From Octopus vulgaris (lineage: Eukaryota): a DNA stretch of 64,000 nt. The stretch covers positions 98,580,001 through 98,644,000 of the forward strand of contig OX597823.1 in NCBI GenBank assembly GCA_951406725.2, written 5' to 3'. This document shows positions 40,708-54,820 of the stretch, in pieces (the first letter of the stretch is position 1; the number at the start of each line of letters is the position of its first letter). The translations under genes were made by a program, and so were the position numbers. Under the pieces are notes generated by a model, which did not search any database, was not told the origin of the DNA, and saw nothing but the letters and a program-made list of their open reading frames with translations.

Positions 40708-43700
40708 GCATGTGTGTGTGCCTGTGTGTGTGCCTGTGTGTGTGCCTCTGTATATGTGTGCATGTATGCTATTGTTTCCAATTTATTCTAAAATTTCAAA
40801 TTACAAATGATTGATAAATGAATATCTTGAAAATTAGATTATATTTGTATATTTTCAATACTGAAATGAAATGATTACTTGATTGACACAAATACAACTT
40901 TAAAAAATATAAATTTAAAGTATGAAAAATACAAAAATATAGATTAAATGTTTAAAACTTTGAATGCATGATTTTTTTTTCAACTGAGATTATTATAACA
41001 TGTAACTTGTAACTTTGTAACATTATTTGGCAGTTCAAGTGTAAACACAATATTATAATAAACTTAAGTTCAAAATTACTTGCAATTCTTGAAATGGCTA
41101 TTTTGCCTTAAAAAACAATTTAAAGCTCATATCACAGTACCTTAATTAAATTAATAGATTGTTTAAATGTTCTAATATCCCCACAGAAATGTTTGTAAAG
41201 GCCTCATTGATTAGATCTAAGAAGGCTTGTCTACTGATGGAATATAATTTAATTAGCATGAAACATTAATTCTGTGAATTGTTTATCTTTCAGTGAACTT
41301 GAAATATTGAATTGTTATCAATAAAGATCCATTTCTTGTTTTTAGATCATTTCACATTCTATTAGTTTATGATGGTATTAATCCCAAATAAAACTCATGC
41401 AGGGAAATTTTAGTTGCCTTTTTCTAACCCTTGCCTCACATGCCCATGTGGGTATGGGATATAAACTTAAAAAAAAAAACCCCAAGACCTGGAAGTTAGG
41501 GCGATAATGCAAAGCATGATAAAATGATAATTAGCTAGTAATTTCCAATTTACACCAGTCATATTCCAGGCAGCTAATGCCAGAACTTGACCCAGGATTC
41601 TGGCAGCTTTAAGCTATGTTCTTTTGAGTTATATTCCTGTTATGTACTTGGGAGTCTAATTTATTAAGTTGTGCAATTTTGTTTTACCTATTCTATTCCT
41701 TAAGATATATAGATATGTTGTTTGCTAAAATAAAAAAGAATGTGTGGGAAGATTAAAGTATTTATAGATAACTATCACAATATAACTGTGTGTGATTGTA
41801 AAGCATTTTCAGAATTTATTTTTAAATATATTTTTAGAAAAAAATTAAATGAGGTTATGAATGCTAACAACACATATGAAAGATTTAAAAAGTTTATATC
41901 ATTTTTATATTTGTCATTTGTGCTTGCATCCTTATTTAATTCTTTTTTAAAAATATATAAATATGTATTCTCTTTCCAATTCTTGACAAGTCTTTTACAA
42001 AAAATTATTTATTTACAAATAAATGTAGAATAACTTCATTATCATACACTGCTTGCATTGGAAATCAAAATATATTTATAAGTTGTATACTCAGATCAGA
42101 ATTAAGGAAAAAGAAATAAGCCACTTTATTGCAGCCTTATAACAAGTAATTAATGAGTATTTAATGTCATAATAACAGCAATATTATATAACACTTTTTA
42201 GTACTGTTTTCTTTCTAAAATATTTCTACTAAAGACAGAAACCTATGTTTCTCTAAGAATATGCAAATTAATATTAATCAATCTTATAAAATACTCTTGA
42301 TATTTATAGCTCTTTTTTTTTAAAAACATTATTGGCACTAAATAATTTTGAAATTGGATTTATTTTTAGCTTATTTTGTTTAAATTAAAGTTATACCGTT
42401 GCTTTTAATGACTATATTGTATCATTTGATAATGAAAACTTGAATTGTTAATTTTAATAGCAATATTCTCCCTATAAGGACACTTCATATGTTGAAACCA
42501 ATTACATTTTAACAAATTTCTCCTAAAAATAAAGCATATTTAATTTTTAGTAGGAATGCAAATATTCCCTAAACATCTTTATCAATGCTTCTTGCATCCC
42601 TAAATGATTTCTAAGAGCTTCAGCGCCCTCTTATAATACTGTTCAGGGTATAAATTTTCAGTTTGCTTACTTCCAGAATTATTTTAAAACAGTTTTGCTG
42701 CTTCTTGTTAGTAAATGTAGCTTTACACTTGACTCTTATTCCATCAAATGCAGAAAGAATTGCCATTTTTCCATTTCTGAAGAATGTATTTTTATCATAT
42801 TAGTTTTGATTGTTGTTGATTCCTTTGTTAAGTTTGCAAGAAGGCATTTCTTGTAAATATTCCTTCTCTGTTCAATGCATGGTCTGAAGCTTAGTCTCAG
42901 CTTAGACAGTTCTACATTTTTCTTTCCTTTTTCATCAGTTTACACCTTACATGTCTAACATTTTGGTTAATGAGAAATTAAATTCTTTTTTATTATTTTT
43001 TCACCTATGTTGTTTTTACCAGTTAAATATTTGTTTCTTTTGTTTTAAATCCTTTTGAGTGAGAAATGTTCCAACCTGTAGACATTTTAATATCTAACTT
43101 ATCTAAATTGTAATTTATCTAACTACTGCTGAAAACTCATACTAATCTGTTGGTTTGTTATTTTGCTACACTTATTCATATAATTAAATGCTTTTATGAG
43201 TTAGTTAACTTTTATTTACATACAGATACTGAATTAACTACTGTGTTAAGAAATAAACATGAGTAATTATATAGTTATTAGAACTGTTTCAGTGTGCTAA
43301 ATTTCAACTTATACTTTTTATATACCTGTTTTCAATAAAAGAATATGAAATATGAAGATATTTTTCCGTTTCTTTAACTCTATAAAAATAACTCAAATAT
43401 AAATTCTCTTTATCCCTCCAAAATAAATTTTTAAAAAATACAAAAAAAAAATTATTTTTCAATTTTTCATTGCAAACAATTGTTTGAGATATTTTTGTGG
43501 ACGGGTAAATTATCGAACGCTGACTCACAATTATGATGTCTTCTCCATTGTACATTTTGTTGTTGACCAGATAGCTTTGGTCTTATCAAAATCTGTCAGC
43601 AATGCTCAACATTTTGGGAGTAGTCTTTGGAATTTGGAAAGATCATTTCAGTCTCACTGTTTAGCATCCGAGGGTTTAACAACTTATCTGTGTGGTGCCA

Positions 43701-44450
43701 AGATGTAAAGTGGAGATAGTGCACTACCATTTACACCAAGTCCTTTCAGTTGTCAAAAACATGTCTTAGTAGTTTTCAGATCTATATTCTTGTGTGTTTT
43801 AGCAAGATAGACAAAAAATTCCAAATTAATCTACTGATGATGAATATGTGGCATAAAAGTTGTTCAAAACTATCTGAAACCAACAAAAGCAACCATAACT
43901 AGAAGGCATCACAGGAGCAAACATTTTGGGGAATTTTCTTAGTAGAAGATAATTTTAGAAAATCTGGATTTAGAGTTAATCAGACTTTTAAAATAAATTT
44001 AGACTAGTTATTAAGTACAATGTATGCCAGCATTGTACTTTAAAAAAAAACAGATGTTAAACAATGATGATGATGATGATGAATAGGTCAAATTCATTTT
44101 GATTATTTTATGAATTATTCTATTGATTTGAACTACATCATATAGAATTATATTACCATCATCTTTTCTCCATTTCATTCATGTATAAAATTATTTGATG
44201 CACTAATAGTGAGCGAGAAAGAAATTTGTTTACTTACAAATGATTTCCCACATTCATCAGTACTGACAGGGCAAAAATGTTTACTGAAAATCATTTCAAT
44301 TGTAACTCTGCGCAAGATAATCCACCTACCTCAAAAAATGTAAAAAAATAAGAAAGAAATTAAAGATAAAATTATAAAAGTTTCTGAAAAATATTTTGAA
44401 AAATTCTATTTGAAAATTGTTATCAAACAAAATTAACAGAGCCATATGAA

Positions 44451-44688
44451 AATTGTTTGATGGTTGTTTCTAGCACATCTTACAAATCTAAATTGTTTGA
44501 TGACTGTTGCTAGCACAATGTGTCTTATAAAGTCTGTTTGATTGCTGCTAGTAGAATGTCTTACAAAGTCTAATTGTTTTGATGATTGTTGCTAGCACAA
44601 TTGTGTCTAGAGGTCTATCTTGTAGTTATTGAGAATGAAAATGTCTTTAAATGTCTCATTTATTTTATGGTTGTTGCTAGCACAATAG
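44451..44688. repeat. Degenerate ~40-bp tandem repeat downstream of the stop codon
   Basis: aattgtttgatg..tgttgctagcaca..tcttacaaagtct, 4-5 copies. Confidence 0.75.
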
Positions 44689-44817
44689 TTGTAGTTCTTT
44701 TATTTTATAAAGTTTTCATCAAGTGTTCCAAAACTATTTCTCAATGTCCTGTGTATTTTTTCACTTAAATCTAAAAATCAAACAAAAAAAGAAAGAGAAA
44801 AGAAAACACACATCATG

Positions 44818-44850
<33 letters not shown>

Positions 44851-47800
44851 GAATATGTTTGTAAAAAGAACTGCTCAGAAAATATTGTTTTGGGGACATA
44901 AAGTAATGCCCAAATAAAAACAAGATGAGAAAACAATGTAAGTAAAGTGTTTTTTCCTCTCTACTTCTGAACAGTTTGTTTATTGAAATATTCTTCATGA
45001 AATGAGTAGAGGGGAACATAGAGTTCAATGTGAAAGTGTTTCTATGAATGAAAACTAATTATTTAACTTTAAAAAAAAAACAATTTCACTTATACCTTTT
45101 TCCTTTTTGGTCTGGCTGTTATCTTTATGTCAAGGTTCCTAATTTTTCAGGTATCAGGCATAACTTATTGTTTTTGTTGTTTTTCTGATTTTTTTTTCTG
45201 TTATAAAGATACATAAAAGCTGACCGATAATTGTTTATTAATTTGGTCTGCTGTGATATTAGGTGTTTGAATATATTTATGGAATTTGTGATGGACATTT
45301 TAAGGAGGAATTCTTTTCAGTTTCAAAGATTTCATTGCACACATAATCTCATACACAACATGAACATCCATAACCCTACAGTAAATATTATTGTCTTTTT
45401 ATTATTTGTTTTCAAAAGCTTTTTTCATCCCGATTCAGGATTTGTTTCAGTGAGGCAAAAGAAAAACCTGAAATTTGATATTACATAACTATTTTCCATG
45501 ATAAATTACTTTTTGACTGGCTTGTTAATTGTTGATATTCAGTCAAATATCAAACAGTCTTGTGTTTAATTCAGTTTTAAGAATAAATAAAAACAAATGA
45601 AAAAAAAAACAAAACCAGACAAAAAATGCTCGAAATTTAAGAACCATATTTTTCTTTTCAGATTACAATTATTTTGCTCATGATAAAAAAATGTTTTTGT
45701 TTAAGGATCATTGAATTTCTTGTTAGCTAAAGTTTTTTCAGTGCTGACTAAAATGTTCCTTGTGTTTTTGTTATCGATTATTCAGTTACAATTGTTAACA
45801 TGCATGGATATTATCAGTCAGCTAGCAAAACAAAAAAAAAAATTGAAAGTGTGTCCTATAAGAACATGGAGTTTGTTTCTTTTACGTAATTCCCATTTGT
45901 CTATTTCTATTTCCAATCATAAACGTATACCTGAACTGAATTCTTTGTTAGAAGTTATTTTTTAATGCAATATCCATTTTTTTTTTCTTTTTGGAAAACA
46001 GAGAAAAATATTTAACAGATTTTTTAAAATCTTTTATTGGTATGTTTTCTGTTCAAATGACATTTTAATTTTATTCATCTTTACCTGTTCATATATTACT
46101 TAACTTGCAGTTATTATTATTATTTCATGACTGCATTTGCTATAGAAATGATTAAATGAGCCAAATGTGACACTAAAACCTCACTGTGTGTCTTGTAAAT
46201 TCATTTGATCATGTATAAGTTTCTAATTAATATAATCTTTACAATGAATCAAAATGATATTTTCTTTCATTTGCATTTGTTTTATAAGAAGAAAGCAATC
46301 AATTTCAATTTAAAACAGGCATTTTCCTGTGAATATAGATAAATTATAGGATTATTTGAAATTAACTGTTGTCCTTCAAGAATCACCACTTGAGAATCGT
46401 AGAGCCTCTAGCCCTTAACAGGTTAAACTTTAAGGTCTTAAAGTGAGTTTGTTGCCCACTGCAATATAAAAACTTACAAATAGTCTTATTCTTAAAGCTG
46501 TCACTGCCTTGTAGACCAATGAAGTTTAAAAACAATTCAGTGAATATTTTGTAGAAAATGTTGCTGATTCTTTGAATATTTAAGTCCTGGATCACAACAT
46601 TAAGCAGTCAATCATGCAAGTTATAACAAATCTAGTTTCTTATAATACAAAAAGGTTTTATTGGTAAATGTACCGGCTATTTAGAAAATGACTTCCTCAT
46701 AAATTAATTAATTAATTTTACAATAAACTATTTTTAGCCTTGCTCTTAGCACAATTTTACAATTTTCTTATGGTTATTACAAATTAAATATAAGAGAAAA
46801 GAGTTAGATATCAGATGTTTATCTAATTGGTAATGTAAAATATTGAAACATTAATCAATTTTGTTTTTCTGATTCTTGCTTTAAAGATTTAAAGAGAGAA
46901 AGAATGATTGTGTGTGTGTGTTTGTGTGTATATGAGTCAGCATAGATTTTTATCTGTTTTGTCAGGATACACTTTTAGAAGTTGTGATTGAATAAGGGCC
47001 TTTTAAATATGAAGAGAATTGGACCTTAACACTATTGATTTTATTTTGAGGATTTTAAACTCAAAAGTTCTTTCAATGGTTTCATTATAGATCTTAAATT
47101 CAAGATTAAATGTACTTACTCAAAACAGTAATAGAGAAGAATTTAATATAATTTGTTTTTCTATGAATGGTTCCATAAAATATAATACAAAATATCTTGT
47201 ATGAGATAATTTGATCAACTAAGAAAGTTACTTACTTGAAAGATCTGAAATAGCTGTCTAAATTAAATGTATTTCTTTCTTTAAAGTTCATCTAGATTAT
47301 TTTTTACTTAAAAACTTTCAGATACATGTGAAATTAGGTTTCCTTTTTGGTATAATTAAGAAAACAATTCATCCTTAACACTAAATCTAGTGTTAAACAG
47401 TGGAATGGTGAGATACAGAATAAAGAAATATTAAAGAAAATCCTATGTGGCTAAATTAATTAATACCATGTAATAAGAAAAATTGAAAATGCCTTAATCA
47501 CAGCACAAATTCACTCTGCTCTAGCTTTCCATCTACATATGAAATGTTTTGTGTATGTATCAGCAGAATTTCAAACAAAATTTGGTACAATGAAATGCCA
47601 TGATTTATTGTACGGTTTATCAATTTACCACACAGAATTCTTTCATTTTCTTTAAGATAATCTAAACTATTAATTCTTAGATAGGCACAAAATCTCAGAC
47701 TTGTAGTATATAACCATGATGTCATGATTTCCTCAAGAGTATTAGCTATGTAAATGAATAGAAATGGTTACAAATGGAAATCAAAATCCGATTACATGTT

Positions 47801-49292
47801 TAGTTCTCCTGAAGACTATTCATGTATCACCTACCAAAGAAAATTTATTGCCTTGGTATAAAAGTACAGCTTTTTTGGAGGAAGAAAATAGAATAATGTG
47901 ACATAATAGTGTATATAAAATAGGGAATTGGAGCCAGTTTTTTTTTTACCTCAGATCACTGAGAGTTTGCCTCTTGCAAAAAAGTTCTTACCATCAAAAT
48001 TAAGATGTTAAAAATGAAAAGGTTTTATGAACTGATAATTTGATAAAGAAGCTTTACGATAACTATTATTTCTTGCATAAAAGAATTTGCAAGATCTTTC
48101 TCTGATCTCAAAGTAAAACTTTTATCTTGATTGTTACAATGTCATCAAGGTCATTTGCTTTTTATGCATTTATCTATGTCATACAATCAGTTTTCACCAA
48201 CAATAATTTAATAATTTATATTGCCTTGAGTCTTTACAATTATATTGATAGAAATGCAAAAAAAACCCCCTTACATTGTATAAATTTAAGTGCTACTAAT
48301 TAATTTTCTAGGAAACTTTATATATTTAATATAGCCAAATTATTCCAATATTTTCCCTCTTTTTCAAAAGTCAATTCTACTTAAAAACATCTTTTCTATT
48401 TATGGGCTCCAAATATTGTATAATGTTGAGAAACAAAGAAACTTTCCCTTTACTGGTATTTATTTCCATTTTTTCTTTCTTTCCACACATATAGAATATA
48501 ATCATATAAATAAAAACACTCGTCTGATGTTTCATAAGCAAAACCATCTACTTAAATGTCTCGTCCATATTTTATCTTTTGCACAGCCCATGGCCTATAG
48601 AAACAGTCTTCTCTACGACTGTTTCTATAGGCTGTGCAAAAGATATTTTTTACTCTTTCTTTTTAATATTATTTAAGAAAAGCAAATTTTGTTTATCTTT
48701 TGGAAAAACAACTAATTCCAAACAGGATAAAATTCCAGAGCATAGATACTTCTAATTTTATAACAAAAAAAGTAGTTTAAATTTTGTTGAAAAATATTTA
48801 AGGTCAATCCATTGTTAAGTGTCACAAAAGCTAGATATATATTTTTTATAGATTAAGTACTTTTGAAAAAAAAGCATCTGTAGCCTAGTTTGATGTGCTT
48901 ATATGTTGTCTCCTGGCAACATATAGGTGTAACTCTAGAATCATATTAAGTTCAGTGTAAAATAAGAGCTAACTTTATAATATCATTTAGAAAATATTTC
49001 AATTAGATCTGAATTAAAATATGCTGGAATAACTTATTTATCGAAGTTGGTAAAAACAATGTATGAATAATACTTTTGTGAAGTACATTATGATAGAAAG
49101 GCCACTCTGTCAAGAAGTTTCTATCTTTTATATAGGTTCAACTAAATCTTTGACTCCCATTAAGACAGCATTAATCAGCTACTAACAATTTTTATCTATG
49201 TTATGTTAATAAATGTTATTTAATTAAACATACGTTGATATAAAGATATTAAATAGATTAAAAAGAGAATGTGATTTCCATATAAACTATTA

Positions 49293-49530
49293 TTTCTTAT
49301 TTCTTTGATGCACACAAGGGACTAAACATAGAGGGGGACAAGCAAGGACTGACAAATGGATTAAGTCGATTACATCGACCCCAGTGCATAACTGGTACTT
49401 TATTTATCGACCCCAAAAGGATGAAAGGCAAAGTCGACCTGGGCAGAATTTGAACTCAGAACGTAACGGCAGACGAAATACTACAAAGCATTTTGCCCGG
49501 TGCACTAACATTTCTGCCAGCTCGCCTATT
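49293..49530 (-). mobile_element. tRNA-derived SINE family A copy
   Basis: Shares tttatcgaccccaaaaggatgaaaggcaaagtcgacc...gaatttgaactcagaacgtaacggcagacg with the other two copies. Confidence 0.85.
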
Positions 49531-49840
49531 ATTTCTGCCTTGACCAAGATATGTATGAATGCCAACATAGCAGTGTTTCATCATATTTTTAAGAGTATAT
49601 TTGAACAGAATATTTAAAGATGTTTAAGAATATAAATGGTCCACCCAGCCACCTTTTATTGAAAATTGAACGCTTTTCCAATCTCAAATGCCATAATTCC
49701 CATAAGCAAGAAGTTCCCCCTTGCCTGCAGACATTATAAGCAGTCGTTTTTAGCTGTTTCCACTAACTACTGAATCTGGGTACATTATTTCTCCCTGAAT
49801 TGAAACCAATCCATTCTCAACATTACATTTTGTTGGCAGC

Positions 49841-49898
<58 letters not shown>

Positions 49899-49966
49899 TG
49901 ATTATTTTAACATGCAAATATGATATGACCATCCAAATAAGTTGTACATACACACATACACACACA

Positions 49967-51247
49967 CATTGGGTCAAGCCATAAATAATGTGGTTTTCTT
50001 TTAATTGCATGAACTAAAAGTTAGAGGGGGATGGGATAAACTACCTGCATCAACTTGCCATAAAAGCAGGTAGTAATTTTACCTTATTCTTAGTGCAAGT
50101 TTTGAAGAGTGCAGTTTGATTTTAACAGTTATTTTTTCAAAGCTGTAATGGAAGTGACAAAGGTGCGTATTCGTCATATTTTGCTTTATGAGTTCAATAA
50201 AGGCAACAACGCAATGGAAAGTGCAAGGAATATTAGGTAAGTAGCTTGCTTACCAACATGGTTCCGGGTTCAGTCCCACTGCATGGCACCTTGGGCAAGT
50301 GCCTTCTACTATAGCCTTGGGCCGACCAAAGCCTTGTGTGTGGATTTGGTAGACGGAAACTGAAAGAAGCCTGTTGCATATATATATATATATATATATA
50401 TATGTAATTATATATTTGTGTTTCTCTGTTTGTCACCCCAACATCGTTTCACAACCAATGTTGGTGTGTTTACATTCCCATCACTTAGCAGTTCAGCAAG
50501 AGAAACCGATAGAATAAGTACTAGGCTTACAAAGAATAAGTCTTGGGGTCGATTTGCTCAACTAAAGGTAGTGCTCCAGGATGGCCGCAATCAAATGACT
50601 GAAACAAATAAAAGAATAAAGAATAGTAGATGAGGATTGGATAATAAGCATAAGCCATTGTCAGCAGTGTTTCCAGAAATTCCGAGCTGGAAACTACAGC
50701 CTAGAAGATGAGCCTCATCCTGGAAGATCTGTAGAGCTTGATGAGGACGTCTGCAAAACCTGGTGGAATAAAATCCCATCATAACAGTTGAGGGACTAGC
50801 AGAGAAGCTTGGATTTAGTCATTCAAGTCAGTACCATCTTTGGTTTCAGGATGAAAGGTGTTCTTCTATCAGGATAATGCTCAGCCACATACAGCAATGA
50901 TGACAGTCCAAAGGCTGGAACAGTTTGAATGGGAAGCGATACCCCTCCCACCGTATTCACTGGACATTGCCCAATCTGATTATCATTTATTCCGCCGTCT
51001 TCAAAATCATTTGGACGGAAAAAATTTGAATTCTGTAAATGAGGTTAGAAAAGTACTGGATGTGTATTTTTCATCATGGACAAGTGAATTTTGGAAGAGG
51101 GGCCTTGCAAGTCTACCAGATAGGTGGAAGAGCATTGTTGAAAATGAAGGAGCATATATTATAGATTAAAAAAGAACTTCGTTTATCTTAATTTTGAAAA
51201 ATTAAAGAAGTACAAGAGAATCACATTATTTATGGGACGACCTAATA
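49967..51247 (+). mobile_element. Decayed mariner (Tc1/mariner) transposon with both TIRs, internal deletion and SINE insertion
   Basis: TIRs cattgggtcaagccataaataatgtg (49967) and cacattatttatgggacgacctaata (to 51247); N-terminus MEVTKVRIRHILLYEFNKG at 50148; catalytic motifs QDNAQPH and PYSLDIAQSDYHLF in ORF 50858-51169. Confidence 0.9.
50236..50626 (+). mobile_element. SINE family B copy nested in mariner transposase
   Basis: Family B sequence interrupts the mariner N-terminal coding region after ..ESARNI. Confidence 0.85.
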
Positions 51248-51349
51248 TATATATTATACATCAAAGAATCTATACATTTTGCAATGCACATGTTCAGAAT
51301 ATCATTTCTAACAATATCCTTGTCTCCTCCAAAATAGAATTTCCACATT

Positions 51350-51588
51350 AAGGTGGCGAGCTAACAGAAACGTTAGCACGCCGGGCGAAGTGCTTTGCGG
51401 TATTTCGTCTGCCGTTACGTTCTGAGTTCAAATTCCGCCAAGGTCGACTTTGCCTTTCATCCTTTCGGAGTCGATAAATCAAGTACCAGTTACACACTGA
51501 GGTCGATGTAATCGACTTAATCCCTTTGTCTGTCCTTGTTTGTCCCCTCTATTTTAGCCCTTTGTGGGCAATAAAGAAATAAGAAATA
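51350..51588 (+). mobile_element. tRNA-derived SINE family A copy
   Basis: A-box-like ggcgagctaacagaa, B-box gagttcaaattcc, central gcctttcatcctttcggagtcgataaa domain, A-rich tail. Confidence 0.85.
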
Positions 51589-52356
51589 AATTTTCACATT
51601 GATTCTGATAGTTCTTCAGACATAATGTAAGCACCCTGCAAAACAGGGATATGTTTCCTGCTAACCTAAATTTAATATAGAAATCTGTGTATGCATTTGT
51701 AGACATTAATATTTGCACATATTATTTGTTAAGTATAGCATATTTCCAAACAGTGTTTTGTTTGAATTACATTTCAGTATCATGTTTGACTTATATATGT
51801 ACACACATACATACGTCTGTGTAAGATGTTGAAAATGGAGGCAAAGATTATATGTGCGTGCATACATTTGTTGTGACTATCATTTACCTTGTACATTTCT
51901 TTGTTGTCCCTCCATCCACTATGCTACCTTTTTTGTTACCCCTCCCCACATACATACATACATACATGCACACACACATACATATATATACCCACAAATA
52001 ATGATATATTCATGTGTGTGTGTGCTTGCATGCGTACATGTATTAAAAACTTGACTATACTCCTGTTTTTATCTTTTATATTAAGAACTTTTCAGATTTC
52101 TTAATTAGTCCTTTATTAATGTTCCCAAGTCTTTTAACATTCTAGACTTTTTTCAGTCTATTGTTGCCATTTTATTGCGAGCATTTTTTAGATGAATGTT
52201 GGCACATCTGCTTCTTATTCTTTATTATTAAACTCGACATTGTTCAGAAAATAATTTGTCTGTAGTTTGTTGCTAGGGATATGTTATCGATCTCAGAGCA
52301 AAAATTCTGCATTGTATTTAGCTCTTCCAACTAATCTTTTAGTATAAGATAGATGT

Positions 52357-52667
52357 ACATTATTTACATTTGATGGATATTTGTCCTCATCTTGTTTGTT
52401 GTTAACACAATGTTTCGGCTTCATCAGGTGTCTTGGAGAAATTTTGAACCTGGGTTCTCATTCCTAAGGTATTTTTTGATATTATTATTATTCAGGTCAC
52501 TGCCTGGAATTGAACTCATAATCTTGGAGTTAGTAGCCTGCGTGCTTAACCATTACACCATATGTGGCAATTATGGAGTGAATTTTAGGGCTTATAAATC
52601 TAATATTTTCCTATCCTTCCTTAATACCAGTTCCCATATGCTATTCAAATCTACACTCAGGCAGTGA

Positions 52668-52706
<39 letters not shown>

Positions 52707-52874
52707 CATCGAAAAATACCTTAGGAATGAGAACCCAGGTTCAAAATTTCCCAAAGACACCTGATGAAGGCTGGAGGGTATATCAGCCGAAACGTGTTAA
52801 CAACAAACAAGATGAGGACAAATATCCATCAAATGTAAATAATGTAGATAATTCATGTCTTAATTATGGAACTG
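52357..52874. mobile_element. Inverted-repeat retroelement with tRNA-like head and hammerhead-like tail, 12-bp target-site duplication
   Basis: TSD taagatagatgt at 52345-52356 and 52875-52886. Arms 52357-52506 and 52658-52846 are reverse complements. CTGATGA A GGCTG..CAGCC GAAAC at 52761-52793. A/B boxes lie on the minus strand at 52506-52560. Confidence 0.7.
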
Positions 52875-54298
52875 TAAGATAGATGTGTTATCAATAATGT
52901 TTTGTATGATATGCTGTAACTGCAATGGCTTCTTGTTATAAATGTCAATTGGACCATCTGTCAAATTTTATGAATTTCAAGTTGTTCAATCAACCGTACT
53001 ACTTATGAACTGTGACTGAGTTTGGAAGCAGGCATGACTGAGTTAAAACAATTTACTTTGCAATCATGAAGTCCTCAGTTCAATCCTGCTGAATGGTAAC
53101 TTAACCTCAGATTGTAAGTCTGAAGGAATTTGTGTAGACAGAAACCGTGTAGGAACCCAATTGATCCATGGAACATGTAATTCAAAAGTCCAGCCTTTGA
53201 ATTCCATGGCAATACTGATTTTATCATCTAAAGGCATACATTTTTTGTAAAACACTCAATCATTTTGTGCATTAATTCGATGAACAGTTGTTTTCCCAAC
53301 CAGCTGCTCATGCATCAAAATAGATATGCGAGTCCATTGTTATGTTGGCTGAGGTGTTCCATCAACATACTCCTTAGACTAAGCAGGTTGCTGTGTGTTA
53401 AATGAATCTAAAAATATCCAATACAGTCTGTTGACAGACTGTCTCGCAGATTTTGTCTACCCTGTTTCACACAGGTTTACTCAAGGTTATTGTAGAAGTC
53501 ACTTGCCCAGGATTACTAAACATTAGGATCTAAGCTGGTACAGCATATTGTGATAGTGAAATGAACTGAATTTCTTAACATTCAGCCGTATATGCACAGA
53601 TCTCCTTGTTTGTAAATGTATGTCCAGCTGGTAAGATAGTGTAACAAGACCTACTGGTGTTGCAACACTATAATAACAGCTAATTACAAAAATTAAGCCA
53701 TGTCAACAACAAAACTCTGAGTTAATTAATAAATACCAGCTGACCGGCTTATTTTACAAACGCAGATGCAAATGAGATTTATGAACTTCATAACTGTTTC
53801 TTGGCAACTGAGGACATATGTAATGAACATAGCCAGTGCAAAAATGAGATGGTTTTACAATTAGAAGTATTTCTGTCTTGTACAGAGTTCTCAAAGATTT
53901 AGGATAATAGTACAAAATCATAACTGCTAGATAATGTACTCTACTAAAACTAGTTAGATTTTAACGGTCAGCATTTGTTTGTTGTTGAAAGAAAACTATT
54001 GTTAGAATGAATTAGAAACATGCAGATCATTGCCATAATACATCTGCTTTTATGGCAGGCATCAACTGTTGCAATGATTCACTCAGAAGATAGGATTACT
54101 GAAATCTGGAAACTTTTATTGTCCCAAACATGGTGTAAAAGAAAAATTTAGAAAATATAAAAAGTCTTTCATAAAAAAAAACAAACTGCTGCACAGTTGC
54201 CTTCTTAAAAGAAACCCCGCCACACACACAGACATATAAAGACATGCTCATATGCATATATCCTCCACCCAACAATATATAAATATATATATATATAT

Positions 54299-54820
54299 AT
54301 TTCCTGTGTTTCTGACGAAGAGCTCCGCTCGAAATGTTAAACCCTCCTTCTTTCCTGAACGTCCAATAATACTATACTTGTTCCACGTCCTCGCGTTGTT
54401 TTCTCTTTGTGTTTTTATGTTTGGATTAACTTTATATACCACACGCTCACACGGACCTCGGCCTTCTGACTGACTTGGATAACCAATTTCTGGATTTTTA
54501 CACCTACGGATTACTGTTATCATTCATCCGGAGTACATCACTGTAATCGTGATTGGAAATCAAAAAATTTGTCCATGACTCTTCCACTTTTTCCTCGTCC
54601 TCTTTTTACCTTTCTGCTTCTACTTCCACTTTTCTTTTCCTCTGTCTTCCCTTCCTTGGATCTTTCCTTTTCCTATGTTTCTGAAGAAGAGCTCCACTCA
54701 AAACGTTAAATCCTCCTTCTTTCCTTCTTTCCTGAGCGTCCAATAACACTATACTTGTTCCCCGTCCTCGTGTTGTTGTGTTTTCTCTTTGTGTTTTCAT
54801 GTTTGGATTAACTATATACT
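54299..54820 (+). mobile_element. Tandem (369-nt period) hammerhead-bearing repeat, Penelope pLTR/retrozyme-like
   Basis: GTTT CTGACGA A GAGC tcc GCTC GAAAT GTT AAAC at 54308-54342, repeated with decay at 54677-54711; ~135-nt direct repeat; starts in (TA)n. Confidence 0.65.

Noticed and set aside
52500-52565. Genuine tRNA gene
   Set aside because: Only A/B boxes are present, without a convincing cloverleaf, and it is embedded in a TSD-flanked repeat.
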